Source of the DNA: Lama guanicoe
Lineage: Eukaryota
NCBI GenBank assembly: GCA_013239625.1
Contig: MU053561.1
Span: 1,597,818 to 1,661,817, forward strand
Direction of reading: 5' to 3'
Length of the DNA stretch: 64,000 bases
Shown piece by piece: positions 40,999 to 54,595 of the stretch. The position numbers and the translations under genes were made by a program. The notes below the pieces were generated by a model. The model saw nothing but the letters and a program-made list of their open reading frames with translations, was not told the origin of the DNA and searched no databases. The first letter of the stretch is position 1. Each line of letters opens with the position of its first letter.

Positions 40999-43900
40999 TA
41001 GGATTGACTAATATTGATCAATACTTTTAACCCTTCACTTGACGATTTAGAGGTCTTACCCCAGTTTCCTCACTCAGAGATAGGTCTTACCATCTCTTGT
41101 CTTCCCCAAACAACTCAGGTCCTGAGCAGCCAGAAAAGTCAGGATTGCTGCACAGAAACAGAACCAGCTCTGGAGAGTAACACATCCTAACTGGGTTGAT
41201 AGGCCAGTCAGAGTAACTATGTGGTTAAGTAGCCTGCACAAGAAAAGGCCTCTTAAGGGACTTCTTTTGAAATGTAAGCACTTTTTGCTCACTTTCCAAC
41301 TTCTGTCTTAGTCATTTTTGTGTCTTTTACATTTTGTTACATCGCAGACATTTAGTCATAGTACTGTAATAAATGCTTGCTGAGTTGAACTATTCCTTTC
41401 TTTTTGATTGAATGGAGGCAGGGCACAGATTCCCTACCACACTTCTGGCTCAAGGTACATGCTCCTAGTTTTTCTGTAACCTCTGGGGACTGTTCTGGTA
41501 GACTCTCCACCCCCTCCTAGCGTGATACAAACCTGGGTATCTAGAAGATCTGACACTGCCCCAGGACCATCCTTGGGTGCCCCTTCTTTCCCACATCATA
41601 ATTTGAAGAACATAGTTTTAGATACCAAAGTTGAAACATTTGTCAGGCAAAGAATTTTTGTTCTGCTTCCAAGTTTTAGAGACTATATGGGGGATCTGAT
41701 TTGGTTACCAAACTATTGGCATTTCTTGGATATTTAATTGAACTTGAGGGTGAACAGGATAGAGTACTTGTCATCAGGACAGTCTTAGAAGTATCCTTGG
41801 ATATTCTGTGCTCACTCAAGTTGGATGTGGAAAATTAAACTCTTATCATGGCCTTGTAGTACACAAATAATAGGTGAGATGTCACTAACCAAGCAGCAGC
41901 TAGGGGCATAGATGCTCATTAGAAAGAGCCTTGGTTTGGTAGTTTTGTTTCCTTTCTGTAGCCCCAGTGCCAAGGCTATGCAAGTTCGTGGGCTCCATCA
42001 CAATGCTTAGGGAATAAATGGCATTCAGTTAGAGAACGGTAGGTGGGGGAAAAAAAAAACAAAATAAAAGGGCTAACAAAGGGTTACCTAATGAGCTAAT
42101 CTTGAGTCTTGACAATATATCTTAATTTTTAACGTGGGAGATAGTAACTCAACACTGAAGGAACTCAAGGAAGGCACAAAACGGTCTAATGTCTGAGGAG
42201 GGAGTTGATGAAAGGTTGTAGCCTTTAACATCTGATGATGAAAAGAGATCTCCTTTCTTTGGGGTGAGTCCCTGATTCCAATTTTACATTTGTGGAGCAA
42301 TTAGCAGGACTCCTCTTGGCTTCACTCTGTCTCCTCCGTTAGAAGAATGCCTCTGATATGTAATATTTGTTTGAAAACCCAAAGAAGTTTGTTTCCTTTT
42401 GAGGTTTGCCTTACTTTTTGTGTTCTGAAGTTCATTCTGGACCTCAGATTTTGCTCCAAGCAATAAAACTGGTTGGATTGTACTAACAGAATGGAGCTGT
42501 AATTTTAGCCAACTCTTGGGGGGGGGGGTTGGGAGATAGTTAAGGTGTGTAGTGGTTTCTGTGGTTTCTCTGTGGAGTAGAATTCCCTGCAAAGCTTTTC
42601 CATGTGGTGTTTTAATAGCTGTCTTAAAACTCTGATGCATGGAGCAAAACCGAATTAGGCTCATGTGCTAGATTGCTGGGATGGGCCAGGGACTCTGAAA
42701 CACAAAAGGAAAACAACCAAAATAGCCTAAGCTTGGAGCCCAAACTATCCAGAAATAATCACCTGTTTTAACTCATTTTTGCAGAACTTTCTAAGGAAAA
42801 TTGGAATTTTAGCTTTGCAGATACTAATATTTTACCTTTGCTTGGAGCTTTACAATTTACAAAATGCTTCTACATATGTATTTGTTTTTTAGAGACTTGC
42901 AACAACCTTTGGAAGTTTGTATTATTAGATCCATTTTTATAAATGAGAAAGCTAAGTCACCAAGATAGATGCAAGGCCACTTGGCTAAGAAACTACAGAG
43001 GCAGAATTTGATACCACTTCAGAGTTCTTCTCTTTTCACCAGAACTTCAGTCATTTTAATTAGCAATCACATATAACAATCACAAAAACAAGAAACACCA
43101 GACAGTGTGTCCATACGTAGTAAAGATGTTTCTAGACTTCTAGATGGCTGAGTTCTCATCAATGAATATAAGACATTATGGTATTGCCTAAACATCAAAA
43201 GAATATGCTCTTCCTTTCATTCAAATGCTCAGTGACTCAGAGACATGATTCCTTCCAAAGTGCTGAGTGTAGCTGATAAAATGCCACATAGCTGGCCTTC
43301 CCCTACTAAACATGTGTAAAAATTCACTTTAGTGTGTGGTTTTGGCTGCTAAGTTCAAGAACATTTATTGAATGCTACTATATGCCAGGCACACAGTCAA
43401 AGTAGGAAGTTGTCTAGGTGATATGATTCTAAGGGAGCCTTTCCATCGGCCCTGTGCACTGCCTAAGTCACCCCATTAGCAGGACATCCTCTGAGTTAGT
43501 CCGGGAGTCACTGGGATTCCTTTTTGAAAATCTAGATAGCTTGGACAGAAAAAATATTTTAAAAAGTACTTTTTTATTTCACTAAATCCTTGGGATATAT
43601 TTATTCATCCAGTTAGCAAAATCAACTCTCAAGTCTCTTGAGTTGAATAGGAGGTGATGTGGGTAAATTTCATTCTATCCAGGAAAAGGGATGGGGGATT
43701 CTGGAAATTCACCTGTAAGGGGCCCAGGGAAGCCAGAATAGAGCAGCAGGTCAGGGAGCCCACTGCATTGGGAAGATGGTGTACACCAAGGTGCTCTATC
43801 AAATAAGAACTTAAGCCACTTTGCTTTTGTGTTTACGATCTAGCCTTACCTGACATCTGTATTTCAGATCTGGAGCCGTAAGATTAACCAGATCAATATT

Positions 43901-44454
43901 TGCGATCCAAATACAAACACCTGATCCAGGTTCTTATTTTTTCAAACCAAGGAAGCAGGTCCCCATCTGTAATGAAAATGAGTCTGGTATCTGGTCCTCT
44001 GTGTGGCTCCCTCAGAACTTATCATCTCCTTAGGCAGCCTCCATACTCTTCGTTTAATTCAATCGATGTCTTTTTCACAGGTGGTGATGAGTTGATGTCT
44101 CAGATAGAACTGCACCGGGTGCGAAATGATTTGAAGGCCCCTCCTGCCACACTCTCACATTCTCTCCCACAGCTCTGAAAATTCTGTACCTGTATGATTT
44201 TAAATATCCTGTGTTTATGACTTTGCCCCCTCTTCCAAAGACCTAAAATATTTTAAAATTATTAATAAGTTTTTTGTTATCAAAAAGAAAATTATTTTAT
44301 AAATGGGCTGTTGCTCATGATGCAACTGTTGATATTCTGTGTGATCTTTTTCTTGGTTCACCCATAAGCTTTCCACACTTGAAACAGCATGTATGGAATT
44401 GTTGCAATGACTAATACGAACAGAATCCCCCAAAACAATATCCATGGTGATGGC

Positions 44455-44670
44455 TCTGATAATTGCTGAGTGCTGTGCTCAGAAAGGCTTTCTACAGATT
44501 TTCAGATTCAATCTTTACAACAATCCCCAAAGTTAGGTACTGTAGTTACCCTCAATTATATGTGAAGCACAGAGAAGTTAAGTAACTTGCCCAAGGACAC
44601 ACAGCTGGTTTACCAAGATTCAAATCCAGGCATCTGTCTCCCAAGCCCAGGCCCTTAATCATTGTGCCAC
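44455..44670 (-). mobile_element. MIR SINE (representative; similar remnants near 1255-1480, 12170-12400, 26620-26850, 42830-43030, 47740-47920, 54060-54230, 57890-58140, 62260-62480)
   Basis: MIR core gcacagagaagttaagtaacttgcccaaggacacacagct...gattcaaatccagg. Confidence 0.8.
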
Positions 44671-46852
44671 AATTACTTGTGTTTCTCCAAGAGGCCACCA
44701 AGGGAGCCTTGTCACCTGTGGGCAAAGGGAGCTGGGGACCTCCCACAACAATGGCCCCAGTGCTCAGATCCTGAGTGGGAAATTGGACTCCTGAGATGGT
44801 CAAGAGGAAAATGTGTCTTAGATGAATGGCTTGACAGGACCTAACTCTCCAAATCTTTGTTACTGACCCCTAATGTGAACCATGTTAGATCAGATACATT
44901 CCATCTTCCTCCTAAAGGACATCAAGGCTGTACACTGTGCATCCTGCTCAGTCTCCTGACGTTCTAGCGCTTCATGATTCCCAGGGTCAAAATCCTCAGT
45001 CCACGCGTCTTCTCTGTTGATCAACAGCTACTTTACGCAGAGAGCCATGCTCTATTTTCTGTTCATTGCTGAGCATGGTGAGCTACAAAAGCACATAAAA
45101 CAATTTTCTGACCTAAAGAGCTTACAGTGTAGTTGAGAAAATGTGACAGCCTTGTAAACTAATTCCTAAATAAAGAGCACTTGTAAGAGCATGCTGATGA
45201 CCCATCCAGCTATAGGCTTTATAATAAATTGTGAGGAACCGGTAATTAAAGAAGAATCTATCCTAAGAACTGATTTAATACAGACGGTCGAAGCAGTTGG
45301 CTAACTACATATCCTGGTCGTTTGTATTGTCCTTGTTTGTTATCTAACGATGTGTACCCATTTTCTAACTTAGATTTCCAACTTATTTCACAGTTAGAAT
45401 CTCTTTTTAACAAATACGATTATAGCAGCCAGTTCAATGTAATAAAAATATTTCTTCTGCTGGCTAACAGCCCGTACTAACACTCCTTTGCTGATGGAGA
45501 TCCAAGACTCCTTTTGAAGGAAAAACCCGGTATGAGAAAGACATTCACAAATCCCTGTCCATTTGGCAGTAAATCTCCTTAACAAAAAGGTTATCCTTTC
45601 AGCAGAGTATTGACATAAAGTTCAGGTTCGCATCTCTGCACAGTGTTAAACAACTCTTAACAAAACCTGACTTTTTCAGTACTGCATTAATTTCATTTGG
45701 GGCTTTTATAACGTCTTCTCCAAATGAGGGTGCTAAAGGCCATTGCTTCATAGAGCTCAACCGGCTCCGATCGGTTCCGGGTAGAGGACTGTGGGACTCT
45801 CACCGCTGGTCATCAGGGCAACAGACCCCCTCGCAAAGGCAGCAGGAAAGAGCACGCGTGCTTGTCTGCCTTGGCTGTTCTCTGTTCCAGCTGATGACTT
45901 GTGCTAATAGAAAGAAGTGATCTCATTCTCATCGTCCGAAAGCTAGAATTTGCAATATATGAAAGAAAAATAGTTATGAATCTGCCCTGTGTCTCTGGGA
46001 CAGTGAGTTTATGTGAGCCGGCCAGGTTTTCTGCATTTACATGAGTCCTTTCTTGCCGTAGGAGTCTAGAGGGTGAGTGTTTGGGTTAGGACGCCCTCCC
46101 GCCAGGCTTCAAATTAGGTGAGGCTGGTAAAGTAAATAAAAGGTAATGGATTGTATCCATACATGACTTCATTCCATCCTTTGAATGACTTTTATCAGTA
46201 ACTGCTAGAGGGCAAGATTCAGCAGAAGTCTGTGCAGTGTATGTCTCCAGGCAATGAAGGCTGACTTTATTTCTTAAGATGTTTGAGGTGTGCCAGACTA
46301 AAACCCTCTTCCTTCACTGTTGGATATGTCCAGTGTAGTTTTCCTAGAACGGTTGGTGTTTTCTTTCTCTAGGCTTATGCTCCTTATTACACCCTAACTT
46401 CTTGAACTGTCTTAAATTCCCGCACAGGTAGTAGCACTGTGGGACTCACAGGGTGATGAATCAGGTTCTGCACGCTGTGTTTTCATTTCTCCCATACGGT
46501 CAGCATTCGTTGTCTCTGCCTTCAGTTTCTTTTGCTGCTCTGTGAACTCAAATCTAAGGACTGTGTTTAACTGCATGTTGGGGCAGGATACGGGTAAAGG
46601 GATGTATTTTCATCATATTTTACCAAATTTAATTTGTGTCTAATTTTTTTCCAAAACAATTTCCTGTTTCTAAAACTGCTGCCAGTTAGGAGAGATTTAG
46701 AATCTACAGTTATCTTGAAATACTAAGAAAAAAGATTCAAAAACTATATTGGCAGAGTGTCATTTATTTAATGCTTTTTCCTAATTAGATACAGATATTA
46801 GATACATGATAACATTGGTCATTATAACATATTGTGCATTTCCTGGCATCTC

Positions 46853-46868
46853 GCTGCCCCCTAGTGCA
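46853..46868 (-). promoter_or_regulatory. Candidate CTCF site in intron 1
   Basis: The minus strand reads TGCACTAGGGGGCAGC, close to the CTCF core CCACTAGGGGGCAGC. Motif evidence only. Confidence 0.5.
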
Positions 46869-47283
46869 GCATGGCCATGAGTGCGTCCTTCGCTGTAGGC
46901 GATCCTTGCATTATTACCGTCTGATCAGTCCATTTCATGCCTAGCTGGGTTCTGGCAATGTGATTAGATACTAATCCGTGACTCTGACAAAGTCCTTCAT
47001 GGGTCTTATTTTGCCAAATAGATCTAATTTTTGGAGCAGGAGTTTGGTGGCTTAGAGAGCACAGAAGGGAAAGGGGGACTCAGCTGGACTGTCTAGATCC
47101 CTTCTAATGGAGAGACATGGAGAGACTAGCTTCCAGTGGGCCTTGTAGACAGCTCTGCAGTTGAATAAATCTGGATCTGGTCTAGCGCAGGTAAACTGTC
47201 TCAGGGTGATTGCAGGGAGCCCGGAAGTTTCAGTACAGTGCCAAGGACAGAGGAACAGATCTTGTGTTAAGATGTGTCTTAGT

Positions 47284-47437
47284 GGGGAGGGTATAGCTCA
47301 AGTGGTAGAGTGCATGCTTAGCATGTATGAGATCCTGGGTTCAATCCCCAGTACCTCCTCTAAAAATAAGTAAATAAATAAACCTAATTACCTCCCTCCC
47401 CACAAAAAAATTTTTTTAAATAAATAAAATTTTAAAA
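47284..47437 (+). mobile_element. tRNA-Ala-derived SINE (camelid type)
   Basis: GGGGAGGGTATAGCTCAAGTGGTAGAGTGCATGCTTAGCATG...GGTTCAATCCCCAGTACCTCC with Pol III A and B boxes, then an A-rich tail. Confidence 0.88.
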
Positions 47438-48076
47438 AATGCATCCTAGAGCAACATAACGAGAGCAGCAGGCTTGGGAAGAGACAGCCTTGGGAAATTT
47501 CCTTAAACTCTGAGTCTTTGAAAAACAATCAAAGATAAAAAGCAGTCTTGGACATTTTAAGGATTTAATACATAATCTATTTTTGAAGGCTCTATACATT
47601 TTTAACATGTGATGTAAATCTTTATCTATTAGTTTATGGTGGCCAAAGTAGCTGTTAGGTGCAATTTAAGAATTATGAAAAGTTTCTGACTCCAAAATTT
47701 ACTCTCAAAAGTGTTCTGAAATGATCACAAAATTGTGAGCCAGGTATGTTGTCCCCATGTATTTCTGCCAAAATGACCTTGAACAAGTTGTCTAACTTTG
47801 TTGGGCCTCTGTTTGTTCATCTATAAAGTATTAATGCCCTTATTTAAAGGGATTACTTAGGGATTCAACAAGATAACATATGCCTGGCACATGGCAGATT
47901 TCAATAACTATTAGTTCCTCCTCCTCCCCCGTCCCCCCATTTTTTCTGGTCTAAAATAGTCAACACCTGCCTTAGATACCAGATACTAAATGGTAGATGG
48001 TGGACTGCAATGCCTTCTTTCTGTATTGTCCCCCGAAGAGCTGAAAGGCAGCCATTTCTTGTCACCACTAGCTTTT

Positions 48077-48305
48077 TTTTTTTAATTGCAGTATAGTCAG
48101 TTACAGTGTATCAGTTTCTGGTGTACAGCATAATGTTTCAGTTGTACATATACGTACATATATTTGTTTTCATAGTCTTCATTATATATAGGTTGCTACA
48201 AGATATTGAATGTAGTTCCCTGTGCTATACAGAAGAAACTTGTTATTCATCTATTTTATATATACTAGTTAATATGTGGAATCTAAAAAAAGAAGACACT
48301 AATGA
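48077..48305 (-). mobile_element. Short L1 3' end with 5' inversion and TSD
   Basis: TSD accactagctttt at 48064-48076 and 48306-48318. 48272-48305 is L1 3'-UTR sequence in the opposite orientation. Confidence 0.8.
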
Positions 48306-50081
48306 ACCACTAGCTTTTGAATACTGGTAAGGAAGTTCGCAGGATGGAGTGGGAGAAGGGGTAATGCTCATTAAAAGTCTTCAGTGTCAGAAAGTGTAAC
48401 TGACAGGAACTTGAAGGTATTGTCTGTTCAGGAACCATGGCTATTTTATCATGGACTGAAAGAGCTTTTTCTTCTTTAAGGATGAGTATAGTTGCAGTTT
48501 TTGATTGAGGGAGCAGGCAAAAGAAAAGAAAGGCATTCGATACAGGAAAGATCGTTTTGTGATTGTGGGTTTTTTTTCCAAAGATTACATTCTAAATATC
48601 ACACCCGCTTTTCTGGATCAGGACACTTGAAAAAATGGATGATCAGTCTTATAACGGTAAATTAGCAAACAGACAAAAAAAGATTTTAAACTCAGTATCA
48701 CAGAGGGAAGCACAGTCACATGCCTACATTCACACACACAGATATACACTTTGTAGATTAAATATACATTTTTATGCTTTTATGTGTGGCTTTCATTTGG
48801 GGGATAGCATTGAAAATTGGGTTGATTTTTGTTAGGTAGTTGGTGAGTTTCCATGGAGAGAAGTAACAGAAGTTTCAGGACAATCACTCTTTGATGATAA
48901 GGAAGAATTCGCACCATCTTTGCTCCCATCTGTACCCTACTTCCAGCCTTACCCTGATTATGAACTGGACAGAAACCAGAGAGAACCACAGAAAATGATT
49001 TATTTCATTAAATTTGTGTAAAATCTTTCCAAATCGTCTTAGACATGGTTCTGGAATCCACCAAGGGGGAATTTTACTCTATTTGTATCAGATCTCTGGA
49101 GTGGAGTCAGAGGGAAGCTTAGCTGTTGCCCTTTATTGTACAAATGGAGAAAGTAAAAGAGGTCCCTTGGCTAGAATGCCCTCCCTTACGTTTTTCTCTC
49201 CTTCCTGATGTCTTTACCATGTTTGCTTGGTCCATCTCTGCATAAGATGATGAGTATTTGAAAACACTAGCCTGATTTGTATGCTTTTGGCTTTTTCCTC
49301 AGCACCACGTGATGGGAAATTCGGTCAATTCCATTCTTGATCTCCTCCAGAGAACTGCTTCTGCCCGAAAGAAATTATAATTACAATGGACAGAGAAAAA
49401 GGGATTACTGAATAAGAATATTGTTTTTAGTAACTTATTTCTTTAAATTATTTGATGAAAACTTTCATGGACAAGTTTAATATTGCAGCCTATTTTTTGA
49501 GAGTAGAAAGAACTTCGTATGTGAATTAGCAATGAGAGTCTTATGTTACATTAGGAGGAAAAGATGTGCTCTAGTTCTGTGCTTTGCAAAAACTTTGGGA
49601 TTGAATTTTACCTTATAGACAAGCCCACTTGGCAACTCACTCAATATTACCCAACATTCAACAAATATTTATAGACCTCCTACTACGTTCCTAGCATTAG
49701 AGTCTTATGATGCATCAAGGAAAAGAACAGAGATCCCTGCATTTGAGATTATATCTTAATGTATATTTGTAACGAATGAATGAACTGTTGCTTCCAAACA
49801 CCAATGTATTCTTGGATAGCATTCTAGTGAAAGTGTGTCATTAAAAAAAAAAAGTCTTCTTTAAAATAAAAGACCTAGTTTCTCAAGAAAATTGCTTTTT
49901 GGTCAAGTTGCATGAAATTTGGCACAATACTGCCGCCTTGCGGCTGCTTGAATCAAAAACCCACATATGCTGCAAGGTCCGCTGTCTTTAAACTTAAAGT
50001 AGGGTTTATAGGACAATTATCCTGTTTTTCAATGGAAGCCTTTGAGACAAAATTACCTAGCCAGGAGTACGTAGAATCTAA

Positions 50082-50291
<210 letters not shown>

Positions 50292-50838
50292 TAAAGTGAT
50301 AAAATAAAATAATGAAATAAAGAAAACTATCACATTCTTGGGCTGTTTGGTAAGTTTTGGTGGATGACTTATATATAAACACTTAGTTGGAATCAATTTG
50401 AATCATCTAATCTGGAAGAATTATTTTTTTGTCCGTGATTGTTGTTCATTCCACCTTCATTCATTCAACAAAAATGTCTGAAGTCATAGCCGGCTCCATG
50501 TGAGGTTCCGTGAGGAATTATTTACTAAAAGATACAATAACAGTAAAGGACAAAACTGTTGAATAATGTTCCAAGGAAGTCCATAACTAACTGAAAGAAG
50601 GAAGTCTACAGAGAATCGTAGCTGTCAGGGTTTAGAGGGGAATGATAACACAGAAAAGTTCTGTCCGATTTACTAACAGCTTACCAAAGTGATTAAAAAT
50701 AATTGAACTAATCAATGACTATCCCTTCATTGCTAGGTTCCCCAACCCCTCAAGTCACCGAGATATTTGAAAATTACATATCTCTAAGGATTCTTTAAGT
50801 GAGCCTTTCTGTCTCATTATCGGTGAATTTTCTTACAG

Positions 50839-50922
50839 ATCAATGGATCGAGTGCACTTTTTGAAACTCCATCTAAAAAGGCAAAGAAACCTCTAGACAG
50901 TAATGCTCCCTTATATTATGAG
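50839..50922 (+). CDS. SPAG17: SPAG17 coding exon 3 (INGSSALFETPSKKAKKPLDSNAPLYYE)
   Basis: Acceptor ttttcttacag|, 84 nt, donor GAG|GTAGGT. Contains SKKAKKP..NAPLYYE as in SPAG17. Too short for the ORF track; read manually. Confidence 0.94.
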
Positions 50923-53900
50923 GTAGGTGAACGTATTTATTGATTTTGGTAATTTTTAGAAAAGGAGAATTGATGTACTTATCTTATAGTCACTTTTTAA
51001 AAAATTTAATTCAGTCTTTGAAAGCAAATCCCTGCTCATCATTGGAGCTGTTTGTTCCTGATGGTGGGCATGTAAAAAAATCTGCCTCCCTTTTAACACA
51101 ACACCCCTTTAGGAACAAAATTGTCCCAGATTGTCTGTACCGTCACTGTATCCAACTGAAGACTATAAATCAGAAATGTGTATATACAAAAGTGTTGGGT
51201 CATACTTATTCATGGTAATTACGGAGTATGTGATGGTATTAAAGGAGGCCGTGTTATTATTGTATTACAATGTGTTAGTTTCACCAAAGAAACAATGTAA
51301 AAATGCCCAGAAAGTACTTCCTGCACAAGACAGAGAGACAACTGGAATAATTTTCCATCTGCATGTGAACTTGGGGCACATTTTACATTCTGCTCTAATT
51401 GGTGTGGAAATAACAATGATCTTCAGATTAAAGGTCCATTTCAAAAAGGTCCATGCAGAAGTCTGGCCTGGCTGACCGGTAGGTTTGTGCAAAGGACTTA
51501 GAACACATGCTCAGTCCAAGGGGCTTTCCTCTTAATCCTGCCTTGTTAATATTCCAACTTACAGCTTACAAGCATCTGTAAAAATCCAGTGATTAATTAG
51601 AATATCACTTAAAATTGTCAGGCACCATTTTATGGCTCTGCCCAGTGAAAGCATAAAGATTTGGGGATCTCTCAAGACGAACTTGTTTGCACTTTATTTC
51701 TGGGATGACTAATAAAGTTTTTATGTGTCTCAGTTCTTGGATGATTTCATAATGGGCTCTGTGGTGTTGCCTGAGTGCTATCTGCACGAGTGTCACTGGA
51801 TTTATTTATAATCAACAATAGTGTAGATTTTTGTAGCATCAACTCTTGCTACCACTACTCTCACTACCGTAGAAAACTCATCCTGCCCTGTGGAGGTCAG
51901 ATAACTGTGCCTCTGGCTTTTGTTCTGATGCTCTGCATGTGTGTGCCCCGGCTGAAACATGTGATACCTGGATTTAAGATACTGGGAGTTTTCTTCTGAA
52001 GGAGCCATAGAAACCCGTGTCCAATTCTCAGGCCTGGGATCAATTAGCCTCCCCCAAAAGACTCTTTTCTTCTTCAAAGATGCTCAGGAAAACTCAAAGA
52101 TGATAACAGTCCAGTTTTGACATTTAATCTGGACAGGCATTTTGACTTGGATGTGGGCTAGCATGATGTTACGAATCCAGAGAGCAGTTAGAAAGCCATT
52201 CCCCTCCGACCTGCGCTGTGACTCCGGGTACCCTTCACTCATGGGAGGTCCACTTCACATCTGGCTCTGCCACATTCTTCCAGTGGCACATCTGGGCAAG
52301 AAGCCTCCCACACCCGCTCACATCCCCTTTTCTGAATGGTTCCAGAAGAAAAGGGAAGGCAAAATGAGCACCACAGAGATTGTACCTGGCAGGCACCAGG
52401 CATGCATGAATGTCAATCACTGTAGTAAACATTGATTGAAAAAAAACAAAACCCCACATAAAACAAAATCCGGCTCCTGGTCAGCAACAGTCAAGGACAG
52501 AATGCACATCTGGAGAAGACGGGCATTTTTCCAGCCTTAGTGCCTCCACACGTAGGACCTGTTCTGGCTCCTCTTCCCAAGGCTCTGCTGAGAGCCCCAT
52601 GGAAGAGGCCCAGACGCCGAGCCCTGTGGGACTCCTGCACTTTCAAGGCACGTGGACAGCCTGCTTGTGACACTGTTTCCGCTTCAGGTCTTGCATGGTC
52701 TGTAGCAACTAGGACCATCACCACAGGTGAACTCCTCAGCCTGCTAGGAAGTCTTAAACGTTGTCCTTCTCAACGGGAACTGTGCAGTGAGGGAAGAAAA
52801 GATAATCTAACAACGTTGCTTATGTTACATGGGAAATCACAGAGCTTTGGAGGAGGGAGAACTCAAAATAGATATTATAAAGGCCCTGCACTTACACTGA
52901 CTTCTACTCACAGGATCCTCTGGCCTTAAATCAGAGCCTGGTCGTTCTTATTTTAAACACAGTTCTAACCAGCTTGGCTTTCTGGTTTCCTAACCTGCGG
53001 TCGATTCGGAGCAGAGAATTAAAGTGAAACTTCACTGTAGTGCAGCTGATCCACGAGTAGTAAAACAGTGTCAGAACCACATTACATATTTCCAATAACG
53101 ACCTGAAATGTCTGGGCTAGCAAAGACCACATTCCTGAATGATTTGCTCAAGCTTTCGTTCGGATGGCTTGGTGCTGTGTACACACACAGCCTCCTTTTG
53201 AAATTGGGTAATTTCCCCTGAAACTTTAGAATTTCATCTGGCCATGGTATTGTATATATGAGAGTGTTTATTTACAAACCACAGTTCTTTGAAAACCTGC
53301 TTAGATGTGTGCTAACGTCATTCCACAGAGATGTAGCTAGCCATGTGTGCATTCACCTTCTGTTTCTGGACACGAGTTTTGCTCTAGCAGGAACAACCCC
53401 AAGGACCCATACGGGAATGGGAAGAGAGTATTCACCTTTGTGTCTAGTCCCGGGAATGTTAGCTACCACGTCACTCTTCTAGTAGTAATCGCAGTGGTTG
53501 TTACAGTCATCATATTTAGAGATGAGATGAAGATGATTATAATTCCGTACACCGGCATCACATATAAGCATAATTTCCCCCTTGTAATCCTACTTGAGGT
53601 TGTGTACCCATATGAGAATAGACACACAGATATTGCCTGCATTATCAGCAATCAGTTTTGCCAAATAGTGGTATTTTACCAAATACCAGACAATGAACAA
53701 GTACATTCTTGTTCAAGCACTAAATGTCGAACACTATCTAGACAGTGGAGGGAGGGGAATATGAATGTTATAAAGGCTCTAACCTCAAAAAGCTTAAGGA
53801 CCAATCAGAGGGAAGAAAAAAATATATATATAAGCCTGACACATAGTAGGTATTCAATCAGTGTTTGTTAAATTGAGTAACACAATGCAGAAAATGGTGA

Positions 53901-54559
53901 AGTCCATGAGGGAGTGAGCCTTCTGGGCCTTCATAGGAGATGGGGTCATCATTAGCTTGGGTGGGCTGGGGAGGGGTGAGATTCAGAGGAACTTTGCTGA
54001 GAAGGTGGCATTGGAATGGAAAGGAAAGGGAGGCTGACAACTCTGATCCTTTAAATATATTATCCCAATTAACTCATATCACAATTCCAAAAGGAAATAT
54101 AAATACCCCCATTTTACATAGAGGGAGATGGAGGCATAGAGAAGGTAGGAAGTTTATTGATTAGAAAGTTGAAGAGCTTGGATTTAACCGCAGTTAAATA
54201 CATAGCCTCAAATTTACCCACTTTACCACAAACCCAGTGCTCTGTCACTGGACTCGAGACTGGCTACCCTTGGATGGATAGGTCTTTCAAATCTGGGAGA
54301 GGGCATTCTAAGAGAAGGGAACGGCTCATGCAAAGGCATAGTAGCGGTAGAGAAGACTGAATGCGTGTGTACTAAATGTGTGGTTACGTGGTACAGTATG
54401 TACAAAACAGGGAAGATAAACCCTGTACATATTTCAGTTACAACTTGAAAATCCCGAAGGTAGAATTCTAGGAGAAAATCCTTCAAACACTGGGGAAAAA
54501 AATCCATGCTTTAAGGTTCAGGCCTGCACTTAAACTTATTCTCCAAATATGCAGAAATA

Positions 54560-54561
<2 letters not shown>

Positions 54562-54593
<32 letters not shown>
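54562..54593. repeat. (TG)n microsatellite
   Basis: About 16 perfect units. Confidence 0.96.

Positions 54594-54595
<2 letters not shown>

Noticed and set aside
47284..47358. Possible tRNA-Ala gene
   Set aside because: Altered 5' end and an A-rich SINE tail rather than a clean tRNA end; treated as a SINE.
53347..53871. 174-aa ORF with a hydrophobic stretch
   Set aside because: Non-ATG start, runs into L2/MIR-like sequence, no recognisable homology.
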